Origin: Pseudomonadota bacterium | GTDB taxonomy: Bacteria; Pseudomonadota; Gammaproteobacteria; Nevskiales; Nevskiaceae | Assembly: GCA_040387055.1 (NCBI GenBank) | Contig: JAZKEM010000040.1 | Location: forward strand, 6 to 64,005 | Direction of reading: 5' to 3' | DNA length: 64,000 nucleotides | In this document: positions 22,968-34,900 of the stretch, piece by piece | Numbering within the stretch: the first letter of the stretch is position 1 | How the letters are laid out: each line of letters opens with the position of its first letter | Position numbers and translations under genes: made by a program | The notes under the pieces: generated by a model | The model's database searches: none | Told to the model about the DNA's origin: nothing | Seen by the model: the letters and a program-made list of their open reading frames with translations, nothing else

Positions 22968-25900
22968 CTATTGATCCTTGAGCGCGTCGGAAACCTCGGC
23001 GCGCATTCCCTTTGGTGCTGACTTGATGAAGCGCTGAGCGCGCGTCATCGTCATCTGCTTCACGCGCTGCTGAATCGATGAAGGTGCGATCAGGATCCGT
23101 GAGTCTGGATTCTTAGCATTCCAGCGCATCAACTTCGCACGGGCTTTATTCACCTTGTCTTGATCGTGCTCGAAAATACCCTGCGCCCATTCCTCGGCAA
23201 TTTCAGATGAAGTGGCACGGTTGAGATCGATATCTTGGCGCTTTATTTCCACTGCGCGAGATTCAACCGCAACCTTTCTCGGGTTGAATCCGATGGCCTT
23301 CGACACGGCATCTGCCGTAGTAGTATCAATGACGCGGCGGCCCTTGTCGTCTCTTGCATATCCAAGTTGAGCCATCTGGTAGCCATTGATTGCGTTCTGC
23401 AAAGCGTTCGGCATTGCAGATTTCACAGCGCCGCTGATGTCGCCTGACAAAAGATCCGCTGCGGACTTTCCGTAATTCTTTGCAAGACCACCGATGGGGC
23501 CAACTGCCTCTGCAAATTCGCGGCCCTTGTCGTTCTGAGATTTCAAGCCAATGCCGGTGCCGGGAATCAAATTTCCCATACCCATGCGCCCAGCCACATC
23601 GATAGGCAGGAATGTCGATACGCCGCTTTGTGCAAATTCAGTAGCGCCTTGGCCAAAAATCGGTGTGATAACCGCACTAATAGCTTTGTTGCGCTCTTCC
23701 TTTGTGTTCCATGACAGGCCAAGGCCTTGAGCAATGGTATCGATCAAATCGTCGAGATCTTCCGCGCCTGGGAATCCGTTTACCCCTGCAGAGAGAACCA
23801 ACACACCAAGAGTCATCAACTGCTGTTTGCGCGGCAAGCGCTTCACGAACTCAAGGTAGCTGATGCTGTATTGCTTGAAGGTAAACACTGTTGCGCCGAC
23901 AGCACCGCGCGCCCAATTCGGACGGTTGCCGCGGTTGTAGACGCCTTGAGTTTCGTGCACCGCCTTGGCTGCAAAGTCGTAGGCATCCGTTGCCCTTGCC
24001 GCAGCAAGTTGCTCGCCTGAGAGTTTGCGCCCAATTTGATATGCGGCCGCAAATGTCGAGCGACGGTTGAACTGCTCAGCCAGCGAGAACATGCGGCCCC
24101 AAATAAACAGGCCCTTATTGCCGAGTTCGCGCGCCTTGTCGAATTTCCCCCAATCGCCTTCGGAGCGCATTGACGCAGCCGTCAGTTCGTGGATCTGGTG
24201 TGGCTCTACTGTGCCGTCCTTGATGGCTCTCTGCATTGCCGCGCGCAGGCCTGCATCACTGATAGCTTCTGGGCGCTGCATCGCGATCTTCATGCCGGCG
24301 GCAAGTTCCTTCGCTGCGGATCCTGCGCCCCACTGAGATAGATACGGCATCGACATCGTCACCGGCTGGGTCATGTTGACCATTGCTGATGCTACAGATC
24401 CGCCGAGGAAGTTGAAGAACAGGAACGAGCGGAGGCCCTGCGCTTCTTCGCGCGGATTCTGAATGTACTGAATCAAGCGACCGGCTTGTTTCTGCACGTC
24501 ACCTTTCTCTTTAGGAATGGCTTCCCACGCTTTGGTCATCTCGCCCATGTGCAAGCCCGACGATGCTGCGCGAGCATTGCTGGTGATGAACTGCGCGAGC
24601 ACGCGCTTCAAGTCTGGGTTGTAACCTTCGATGCCTTTGCGATGAATCAAGCGCTTCAGCGCCGACCGGTTGTTCTTGGCCAGCTTCAAGTACTGCTGGA
24701 ACGCATCATCTTTATCCATGCCGGTGACGCCAGCAAAGAGTTCGAGTGTTTCGGGCGTCATGCCCTTGAACATCTGATATGTCTCATCGTTCACAACGCC
24801 AGATTTAATCAGCGCGTCGGGGTACTGTTCCTGCATCAGACGTTCCATGCGATTTCGATCTGCGGCATTTTCAAACATGCTGAAGTAGACCGTCTCGCCA
24901 GCTTTGTCAGTGACGTGAAGCGAGTATTCGCCAAAGCGCATGAGCGGAGCGTAGCCCTCTGAAATTAGCTGGTTCACACGGCCAATCTTCTGATCAAAAT
25001 CATCAGCCAGGGCAGGAGCGGAATTAACGAGCAAATTACGTGCAGCGCGCATGGATCCCGCCGCCGCAGCTTCACGTGCTACCGCATCAGAGATGTTCGG
25101 GCGTGCGAGTTTCACCATGTCGGTGATGGCTACATCGCTCAAACTCTTATTGATTGCAGTCCGCGCTTGCTGATATAGGCGGATCTGCTTCGGGTTCAGA
25201 TTGAAGCGATCGCGCAGCTCCGATTCGGTGTAGTGCTTTTGATCTTCAAGAGTTCCGCGAAAGATTGCATCAGCAACAGGCTTCAGCTCTCGCGGGCTTG
25301 CACCAGATTTGGTTAGATCTGAAAAGCTTTCGAATTTCGGCAAGATGTCAGAAGCAAGGTCAGCGGCACCGAGCGCAAAGCGAGATACATCGGTTAGATA
25401 TTCCTGCGTGCGGTTGTAGACGCGTCCGTAATCTTTGTCGACTTGGGCTTTGTGGTACTGAGTACCAACTGTTTCATGCCACCAGCGATTGAAGGTTCGA
25501 CGATTGTCGAGCATGTCGCCAATGCGTTGGCGAATGTCTCCGATGGCTTCTGGTGCTCGCGCATCGGCGAGCGAGTACATCGGTTCGTCTTTACCTAGAA
25601 CTTGCCCGCTTTCTTGTCCGCTTCGATCAGCGCTTTGATCGTCTTCGAGGCCGAGCGTGCGTCGGCCCTCAGCGATTCGATCTCGGACGGCGTCAAGAGA
25701 CGGGGCAGCCGCGAGGTGCCCGGCTTCGCCTTGGGTGAGTTGATCGATTCCGAAACCGAAGTTTTCATGGAGATAATCATCCAATTTAGCGCCATGTTTG
25801 GCAAGCAATTTGTCACGCATCGCAGGGCGCAAAGTGATATCTGCCGTGCTCTCGTGACCGGTCAGCGCAGAGGCAAGGATGACGTGACCGCCATTGGCTT

Positions 25901-28900
25901 CGATGTGTCCGCGCAGATTGGCCAGCGTGCCGCCAATAGTCTGCGTGTCGTCGACAATCAGGTAGTTGCCGCCTTTCTTTACATCACCGTCAAAGGCTGG
26001 CTGGCTGGCGATTCGCTCATACGCGTTGGCATTTGTGTGAAATGCGCGAACCGATTGCATGATGTTTTCATCTACCGGAAGTCCAAGCTTTTGGCCCAGC
26101 AGTTCAGCGTAAGCACGCGGCAGCATATTGCGTCCGGTGGCCTCTACGGATTGAACCGGGACAACCGTGGGGCTCGAGTCACCGAGAGCTTTGCTCAGCT
26201 CTTCGAGCTTCTTGTCATCGAGTAGGTCATGCGCTACTCGGTATGCAGCGGCTGGGTCTCCAGCTTTGGCGGCGACATAATCGGCATGCTTCTGTGCCGC
26301 GCCAAGTGGCTGCATGCGGTGCACCGGTGGAAAGCCGTTCCAGTCCGCGCGGTCGGAACCGTACTTGCCCTTCAGACTGAAATCGATGCGCGAATCATTT
26401 GGATTGAACGTGCCACGATTGCCCGAGGCGGATTTGATTTGCTCTGAACCTTGCACCAAGAATACTCGGCCACCACCTTTGGTTAAGCTGTATTCGATCC
26501 CATGAGTTTTCCCGCTGCCGATGGTTTCTCTAGTACGACCGTTGTAGAGTCGGTCTATCTGCAAGTAAACCGGAATAACATTCTTTCCGTAGACTTTCGC
26601 TTCTTCTGGCGACGACGTGAAATAAAATCCTTTGCCGAGACGCCCCTCGCGCTGGCGTTTTTTATCGAACGCATCAAAATCACTGTCAGTCCCGTGATAC
26701 ACGATCAGCGGTTCGCCATTGGCGTCAATCACTTTGGAAGCACCAAACCATTTCTTAAAGGCAGGTGTATCGGTCTGCTTAATGTTCGATTCTTTTAAAC
26801 TCTGACCGGCCTCAGCGGTTGCAGCGTTCATTCCTGCCATGGCCTTGCGCAGGCTGGCCGAAACCATTGCGCGCAGATCGTTGTGATCCAGCTTGATGAA
26901 CTTGAAGCCCTTCGACCAAAGGAATTGGCGGATGGCCTGCATGACGCGCTGGAACCATGGCGCGCTAGAGGCTTCTGCTGATTCCCCGACATGCGCAATG
27001 ACTTCGCGTACAAAACGGTCACTGCCAGGTGTGATGTTCTTGTAGTTCCGCTCCACGCGATTCCATGCGCTTCTAACAATCGGATTGCCAGCAGCGCGCA
27101 TGCGACGGACATCGTTAAGCAGCTTGCTGTACTGGTCGGCGCCAAGCATTTGCTTCAGCCCGTAGTGCTCGCCAATTTCGTGCAGAACAATGGAGATAGC
27201 TTCTGACGCTTCGATGTTATCGGCCACGATATAGGCGGCTTTTCCATCGTACAGACCTCTCACGCGGCCAGCGATTTGGCTGGACATCTTTGCGCGCATG
27301 GTCGACGGTAAATCATCTGCAGACTGCACGATGTTCAGGATGCCGCGATCCATCAGCGATTTAACGCCAGCGGCTCCAAGCTTGTCGTTTAGTGCCTTTA
27401 GAACTTCTGCGGTGGTGGACTGCTGCACCGTGTTGTACGACGGCGACATTCTGAATTCAGGAGTTTCGCCAGCGGGTTTTTCAATGACGACCATGCGTGC
27501 ATTGACGCTGGTATTTACCGGAAGTGTAGGGTCTTCAAACGTGCCTTCCGCCAACTTCTCATCGGTGCCGCCAACAGATTCAAGCCACTCGCGGAACTCG
27601 CGGGCCTGCTTGTTGTCACGGAAGAATGCACCTTCGCCCATGATGGCGATCAGGCGGCCTTCCGGCTTGAGCAAGTCATAAGCATGGCGGACGTGCTGCA
27701 TGTCACGGCCATCGCTGAAAGGGGGATTCATGATGATGCGATCGTACTGACCAGCGGTTTCCGGCTTCAGGTCCATCGTGTCGGAGCCGACCACGTTGAA
27801 TCCCTTGGCTTCCAGCAGTTCGCGGCGATCACCAGACATCTCGACGACGTCAGGTTCAACACCTGCAGCGCGGATGCGGTCAGCGATGTGACCCATGCCG
27901 GCCGATGGCTCCAGCACGCGCATGCCTGGCTCAATGCCAGCGGCATCAACCATTTCATCGGCGGTGGTTTCCGGAGTTGGGAAGAAGTCGAGCCCGTCAT
28001 TGCGGCGCCCGACCATTGCCCGTTCCATCTGCTTGATTTTGTCTGGCTCTGCAGCCTGCTCGCGCAGGCCAATGAACTCACGCAAGGCGCTGCGGTATTC
28101 GGCTGGGGTTTCGATTCCCATGCGTGCAAGCGTTTTCAGCTTGTCGCTCGCGGATACAAACTGCCATGGTGCCGGGACGTCTTTGCGTCCCTTCAGCTTG
28201 GTAACAATCTCATTGCCAATTTCGTGCACAAGCGATATCCGCTTGTCGCCATCACCTTTCCAAATGCCGCGGCCAATGGCTTCGCTTGGGCTCATCACGA
28301 TGGCATTCTTTCCACGGCCCAGCGGCATCACAATCGCTTTGCCTAAAAGGCCGGAGCGACGGATAGCTGTCTCTGCAGCTTCACGGGTTGGAATGACAGC
28401 AGGTTTGCCGTCATTGATCGTGTACGGCGATACCTTCTCCCAATTCGCTTTAGCGAACTTGGTGTATTCGTCCGACACGTCATCGGCAACCTTCAACAGT
28501 CGCGTGCTGATCAACTTCAGCCCGTCGACGTCTTCCAACTGTCGTGCAAGGCTTGCAAGGTCAGAGCGATACATCGTGAAGCTGGGGAAGGTGGCGAACT
28601 CAACCGTATCGGATGTTGCTGGCTCGCCCTTGTGCTTGAGCTGTTCGCCGTAGCTGTCGTACTTAGCGCGCAGCTCGTCATCTTTCGCGGTGTTGATCGT
28701 GGTCGTCAGCAGTTCAACTTGAGTTTTCTGACGCACGCGGTCAAGGAACTTTGCTTTGCCGGATTCGACGGCCTTGGCAATGTTGCGCATGGTCTTGGCC
28801 AGCGCCTTGCTTGCATTCGCGTTTGCTTCTGCTCGCGAAGCCATGGCGGCGCGGCGATTGGTGTTTGTCTTGCGATCTGCATTGAGTGATTCGTCTGCGC

Positions 28901-31900
28901 GCTCTTCCAGTGCGTCAGCCATTTCAGTCAGACGTTCGACAGCAGTCTGTGAACGATCATCTTGGAAGGCATCGCGGCGCGTCTGTGCGGTCTCGTTTGC
29001 AGCAGTGGCATCACCGTTGGCCAGCTTTACGAAGGCCTCAGCAGTGGGCCGGTCAGTGAACTGGAAGCCAGCTATTGCCCCCGCGCCACGGAATGACGAG
29101 TAGTACCCACCCATCCGCTTGGCTGCAGTGTTGAGCGTGTCGTAGTCCTCGCGAGGGACGCGCTCACCGAGGCGCACGACAAACAGATCGTGCAGCTTCT
29201 TCGTGTGCTTGGTCGCAATGATTTCAGCATCGACCTTCTGACCAGCTACGCGGATCTCGCGGGATTCATCTTTCTGAACCTTGCGAGTGCTGCGAGACTT
29301 CTCAGCCGAAAGAGCATCGTAAGCTTCACGCTGCTCTGGGGTCAGCATCAGTCGCGCGTCGCGGTGCTTCTTACCTTCGCCCGTGTGGAATCGCATGAAG
29401 GCGTAAAAGTCTTCGAGCGTCTTAGGGCTCTTAATGGATTCCACGCGTGCAGCGCGCTGAGATGCAAACTCTTCGCGCTTCTTCTTCATGTCGGCAGCGT
29501 ATTCGGCCAGAGATTCAGCCGATTGACCGTTTACCAATTCGGTTAATGCCTTAAGCTTGGCGGCTTCGTGTCGCTCTAATGCCCCAGGTGCCATCATGTA
29601 GCCAGTGGGGCCGTACTCTTTGCCCAGCGCGAATGACCGCACAAAAGCTTGATAAACCTGATCAACAAGCTCCGGCTTTTTGTATTCACGGCCATAGCCA
29701 CGGCCGCCAATCAGGTCATACAGCGCATCTTTATTCTTGCCAGCGAGTTCAGCCTTTACAGACGCGACGTTATCGATCAAAGCAGTAAATGCGCTGCGGT
29801 ATTGTTCAACCGTTGCAGTGCCATCGCGAAGCGCAGCAATGGTTTCGTCAGCGGTCTTGAATGCTGAGTCGGGAGCTGTCTCTACCGCTGCATTAGATTC
29901 GGTCTCGGTAGTTTCAGCCCGAACCTGATCAACCACCTTTCGTAGCTCGTCACGATCACCGCCAAAGAACGTCTTTGCGATATCGATCTTGTCGTGCACG
30001 CCCTTAACGATGCCTTCGCCAGAAATGGTGAACGACACAGGCTGCTTGCCAGCGCCAAACGTCACGCGCTCAACATTCATGCCAGCGATTTTGTCGCCTT
30101 TCTTCAGATTGAGAATCTTGCGAACGATTTCAATCTTGGATTTTTCTTTGGCTTCAGCGCGACGTGCGATATCGGCTGAGGTTCCCTTGCCAGCAAGCAG
30201 TGAATTTGCTTGCGCTTCGAGGGATTCAGCCTGCTTGTAGATCCCAACTGCAATGCCAGCCTTTTTGACAGATGAATCAATCGCCTGCTCTTTCCGCTTG
30301 GTCATCTTGGTGAAACCGACGCCCAAGGGGAATGCGTTGCCCTTGTTCATGGGATCGCTGCTACGGCCTACGATGCCATTGGCTTTGCGCTGCAGTTCGT
30401 CGGCCTTCTTGAAGGCCATGCGAATTGCGTTCTTGTCAGAATCGTTGAGCACTACGCCAGATTTCTCGGCGGCTTCGATCTTCGCTTCGACAGGATCCTC
30501 GTTGGGCTTCTTGGCTTCTACGGCTTCACGGAGCGCCTTGTTTGCGGCGTCGTCATCCAAGTCTTGGTAGTAGAAGTCCTCGACGATGCTGTCGATTTCC
30601 TTCGGCGTAATGCCTGCATCGAGCGCATCTTTAATCGCGCTGCGATCAAGGCGATCGTACTTGCCGGCCACCGCTTGCACAGGGTTGTCGACAGCGTTGT
30701 TCGCCATGAAGAACGCATACGCGAAACCTTCTGGCGTAACGCTGCGAGCATTCTTTGTAGCCTGGCTCTTTCCGCCGTACTGCGTGTGCATCTTCGAGCC
30801 TTCAACAGGCTCAACGGGTGCAATCGGCATGTCGCCGTCAAAGCGGCCCCAAAGAAGAGTCTTCTTCGTGTACGTGTCGCCGAAGTTGTAGGGGTCGAAC
30901 GAAGTGCGCCAAGGCGGAAGGCCGCCAAGTGATTCAATGCGGCCGACTGGATTTTCCAATGCCCAGACAGCAGGCTTGAAGTACTCGATAGTGGCGAGCG
31001 TCTGATGCACCAGCTTGACTGACGAAACGGTGCGACCGTCAGAATCCTTGGCGGCAAAGTGACGTGCGCCGGATGATGCGAAGTCCGTGCAAGGGCAGGC
31101 GGCAAGAATCGCGTGGATGTCTTGGCCTTCGAAGTCGCCGAACCAGTCGCCGAAGAAATCAGCGGAGAAATTCGTGACGTCGCCGACTTCTGCGTCGTCC
31201 TGAATATCGAAGCGATAGACCTGATACCCAGCTTCTTCCCAAGGCTTAGACCACTCACCGGACAAATCAAACAGAGAGAGCACAACTTTCTGGCTGTTCT
31301 CAGAACGGTTTTCTTTGCCCTGTTTCTCGGCGTGCTGCTTCCACTCTTTGATCTTCTGCTTGGCTTCAGCAGGCGTCATCCATCCATGCTTAGAAACATG
31401 GACTTTTACTTTGTCATTTAATCGAACAATCTCGCTCTTCTTTGGAGCATCGAAAACATGGGTGACTTGATCGTCACCGTTAATCATCGATTCTTGTGCG
31501 TCGCTGAACTCGGCGGCGATCTTCTTCAGATCAGCTTCGCTCGCGCCTTCCGTCGGGTAGGCGTTGTGTTCAGGAGCGGTTTTTACGTTACTAGCTGATT
31601 CAAGCGCTCTGATTTGATCGCGTACTTCCTGAATCTGCTCGTTAAGATCGCTTGATCGAGCGTTATAAGTCGTCGTTTGTGCGCGAGTTGCGGAGCCATC
31701 GCGATACTTCTGCATATGCTGCGTTTGCATACGCTCACGCTTCGTAGTCAGGTTTTCAAGGTTAGCTTGAAGTGCTTTTAGTGTTGGAGATTGTTCGCCA
31801 TTGGCTGAGGTTGCAGGTGGTGCGATTGAGCTTGCCCCCAGCGCCTTCAAGATTCCACGCAACTCATTCGTGGCTTCTCCAGCGTCATCGTTCTTCAGCC

Positions 31901-34900
31901 ACTCGGATACCGTTTCGACCGCATCGCTATGAATCGAAATCAGGTCGTCTCCGTTATCCAAAGCGGCCGTGATTCGATCACTCAGTTGGGAGGCTTGCTC
32001 CGTGATGCTTGGGGAAAACTGCCCATCGTTCATCGTGTCAGAACCAGCGTCCAGCATGTCGCGCAAGATGATTAGCGAGGCGCGTGCTTGCGTTTCTCCG
32101 GCGATGTTGGCTTTGGTGCGCTCAGCGAGGTCGGACTCATCAACTAAGTCGGTTTGCTTTTGCTGGTTCGAGAAGAGACCGCCATCGATATCAGCGGGTA
32201 CATCTTTGGTGCCGTTGCGCTGCGCATCCTTGGCGCGCTGGGCATCTGCAAGGGCCTGCTCCTTAACTGGAGCTGCCCCAAATAAATCTACTTGGCCGCT
32301 GGAGCCTTGGCCTTCGCTGTTGGCTTCTGAATGTTGGCGGCTGCCTTGGCTTTGCGATCCTTCGCGTACGCCACTCCCGCTGCGTAGAGTTTCTGCACTC
32401 TGGTTTTGCTTTGATTCTGTGCCATTAACAATTTCCTCCAGTGCTCGGCGATAACCCGCATCGTCGTCCTGATGACGAATAGCGGCCTCTTCTGTCGCGT
32501 CAGCGTCAATATCATGCGCTTGTGCCGTAAGCGCTGCAATCTGCAAATCATCTTCATTGCTGGCATCCGCCCCAGCGGCTTCGAGGTGGTCGGCCAATGT
32601 CGGGTCGAACGGATCTACGCTGTTCGCAGCATCAAAGGCGGCATCTTCAGCGCGGCCGCTGTCGACAAAATCGAGCATCCATTGGATGGCGCGCTTCTCT
32701 GACGCGGTCAGTGGCTTGCCATCCAGTGCTTTGGTTACTGCTTGGCGGACACCGTAGTCGCTGCCTGGCAACTTCACGCCACGCGCAAACTCGGCGAACC
32801 AAGGCGCATGCGGCACCCAAGTCGTGCGGCCGCTGACTTCGTTGTCGGGCCCGCGAAGAATTCTGCCACCGACTGTTGCCCAGCCAGCTTCGTTGGCCAT
32901 TTCTCGCAGCTTGTCGTGGTACGACTGATCCTTGAGGCGTGCATCGTCAGACGGCGTGAGTTTCTTGCCGTTCTGTACTGGTGACTTCTGTGCCTGAGTG
33001 GTCGCGGCTTTGCCCTTTACCTTCTCTTTTGGTTCAGGACGAGTCGAAAACGGAAGACCAAATGCTTTCTCTACTTCGTGTGCATCCTTGAAGGTTGGTG
33101 GAAAGTCGTTGCTGTCGAGGTCCGGGTCTGGATTATTTTCAGCGACGGGGCGAGTGGCGCGTTTAAATCCGGATCCTCCCTCCCATTCACCGACCTTGAA
33201 CTGTTTGCCCTTCCAGTCGTCATCAAGACCGATTGCGCTCGGATCTAGCAGGGTGCGAATCTGACCTTTTCCTTTGCTATCGTGCGCAGGCAATCCGACA
33301 CGCTTACGCGTTTCATTGAAAATGTTTTCACGCCACGATTCATCGTTGAGCGTTTTCTGAGCGGTCAGAACTTCTTTCAGGAACTTATGATCTTTCGCTT
33401 TAGTTGGTCCATCGACGGTGTCGTTGTACCACTGGTTCAGTGCCTCTGGCAGTGCTTCATCAAATGCAGTGCGGCTGGATGCTGCTTTCTGCACTTCAGG
33501 ATTTGACGCCGCGAACTCGTGCGCTGCCTTGGTTAGGTCAGCCGCCTTGCGCACATCCTGGCCTTTGCTTGCGCTCGATTCGTCCTTCGTCGAACTGGGG
33601 AATTCCTTAACCAGCGGCAACAGATCCTTGATCGGAGAATCAAGGCGAATCACCTTCACAGGTTCTTTGCTGTCGGCTTTGGCCAGCCACTGATGATGAC
33701 CATCGACTACATGGTTGTCAGATGAAATCAGGATTGAACGATCACCGCCCTCAAAGTTTTTAGCTTTCTCTACCTTGGAGGGGGAGTATTCAGCCTGCGT
33801 TGCCTTGAGCGTTTCCGGCGCAACCTCTTCCTGTTCGTGGCTGATGCCGCGACCTTTAAGGAAGTTGACCAGCGCGCCGCGGTGCTCAGCTTTGACCTGT
33901 GGCATTTCTGCACGAGGCACGCCAAGCGTTCCAGACTCTTTCGCGAACTGCTTGAACTCGGGTTCGTCAGAATTTACATCTGACCGATTGCCTGTTCCTT
34001 CGCTGGCGGGAACGACCGGCGCTTTTTCTTGGGCGCTGGCTTGCTGTCCTTCGCCGGTGGAAATGGCGGCTTCTTGTTGCTGTTGGTTTTGCTGGGGAAC
34101 ATTGGCTTTTACCTCGTTGCTGATTGGTGCTGCGTTCGGGCGCAGCACAAAACCACCCTCGACAGGATGAATGGTGTGCGTTTCTTTCTGACCACCTTTT
34201 GCGCGCGCGCCAGTGGCTGCGATCTTGGTGGGGAATGGCGAGCCATCTGGACGGCTAATATCGCTGGCGATCAGTGGATTAGGCTGCTGGGACTTGGTGA
34301 CTCCCACAGATGCAGGCGCTGCATTGCCTGATCCAGTTCGGGCGGCATCATCGCCAATTCGTTGTGCGGTGTTTCGCAGCTCAGCTTGTGAATTTGCCGC
34401 GCCTGTCGACGCGTTATCACTCTGTCGCCCATTGCCTGCCGGAGCCACTTTGGAAGCATTGATTTGTTCGCCATTCACTGCCTCCTTGCGTGCAAGCACG
34501 AACTGACCTTTCTCGACGCGACTAACAGCGAACTGATCGCCGTCATCCATCTTCTTGAGAAATGCACTCGCACCGAGATAGCTTTTCCAAGGCTGGTTAT
34601 CCTTTGGATTGCGGACTTCGCTGGGTGGAGCTTTGATGCCGGTAGGGCGACCGCTGATTAAGTCGGCTTCTGCGCGCTGCTGTTGTGCGCTCGCGTTTTC
34701 AGCGAAGGTCGCGCGGCGAGCAGCACCATCAGGGCCCACAACCATGTCACGAGCTGGAGCAGGTAACGCAAGTTGCGCCTGTACACCGGGCATCTGGCCA
34801 GCATCTTCCGCTTGCACGGTGCCGACTTCGATGCCTTCGGCAGTTGGCTGCTTAAAGCGATCACCGCTATCCAAGGTGATATTGCTGGATGGGACTTCGC

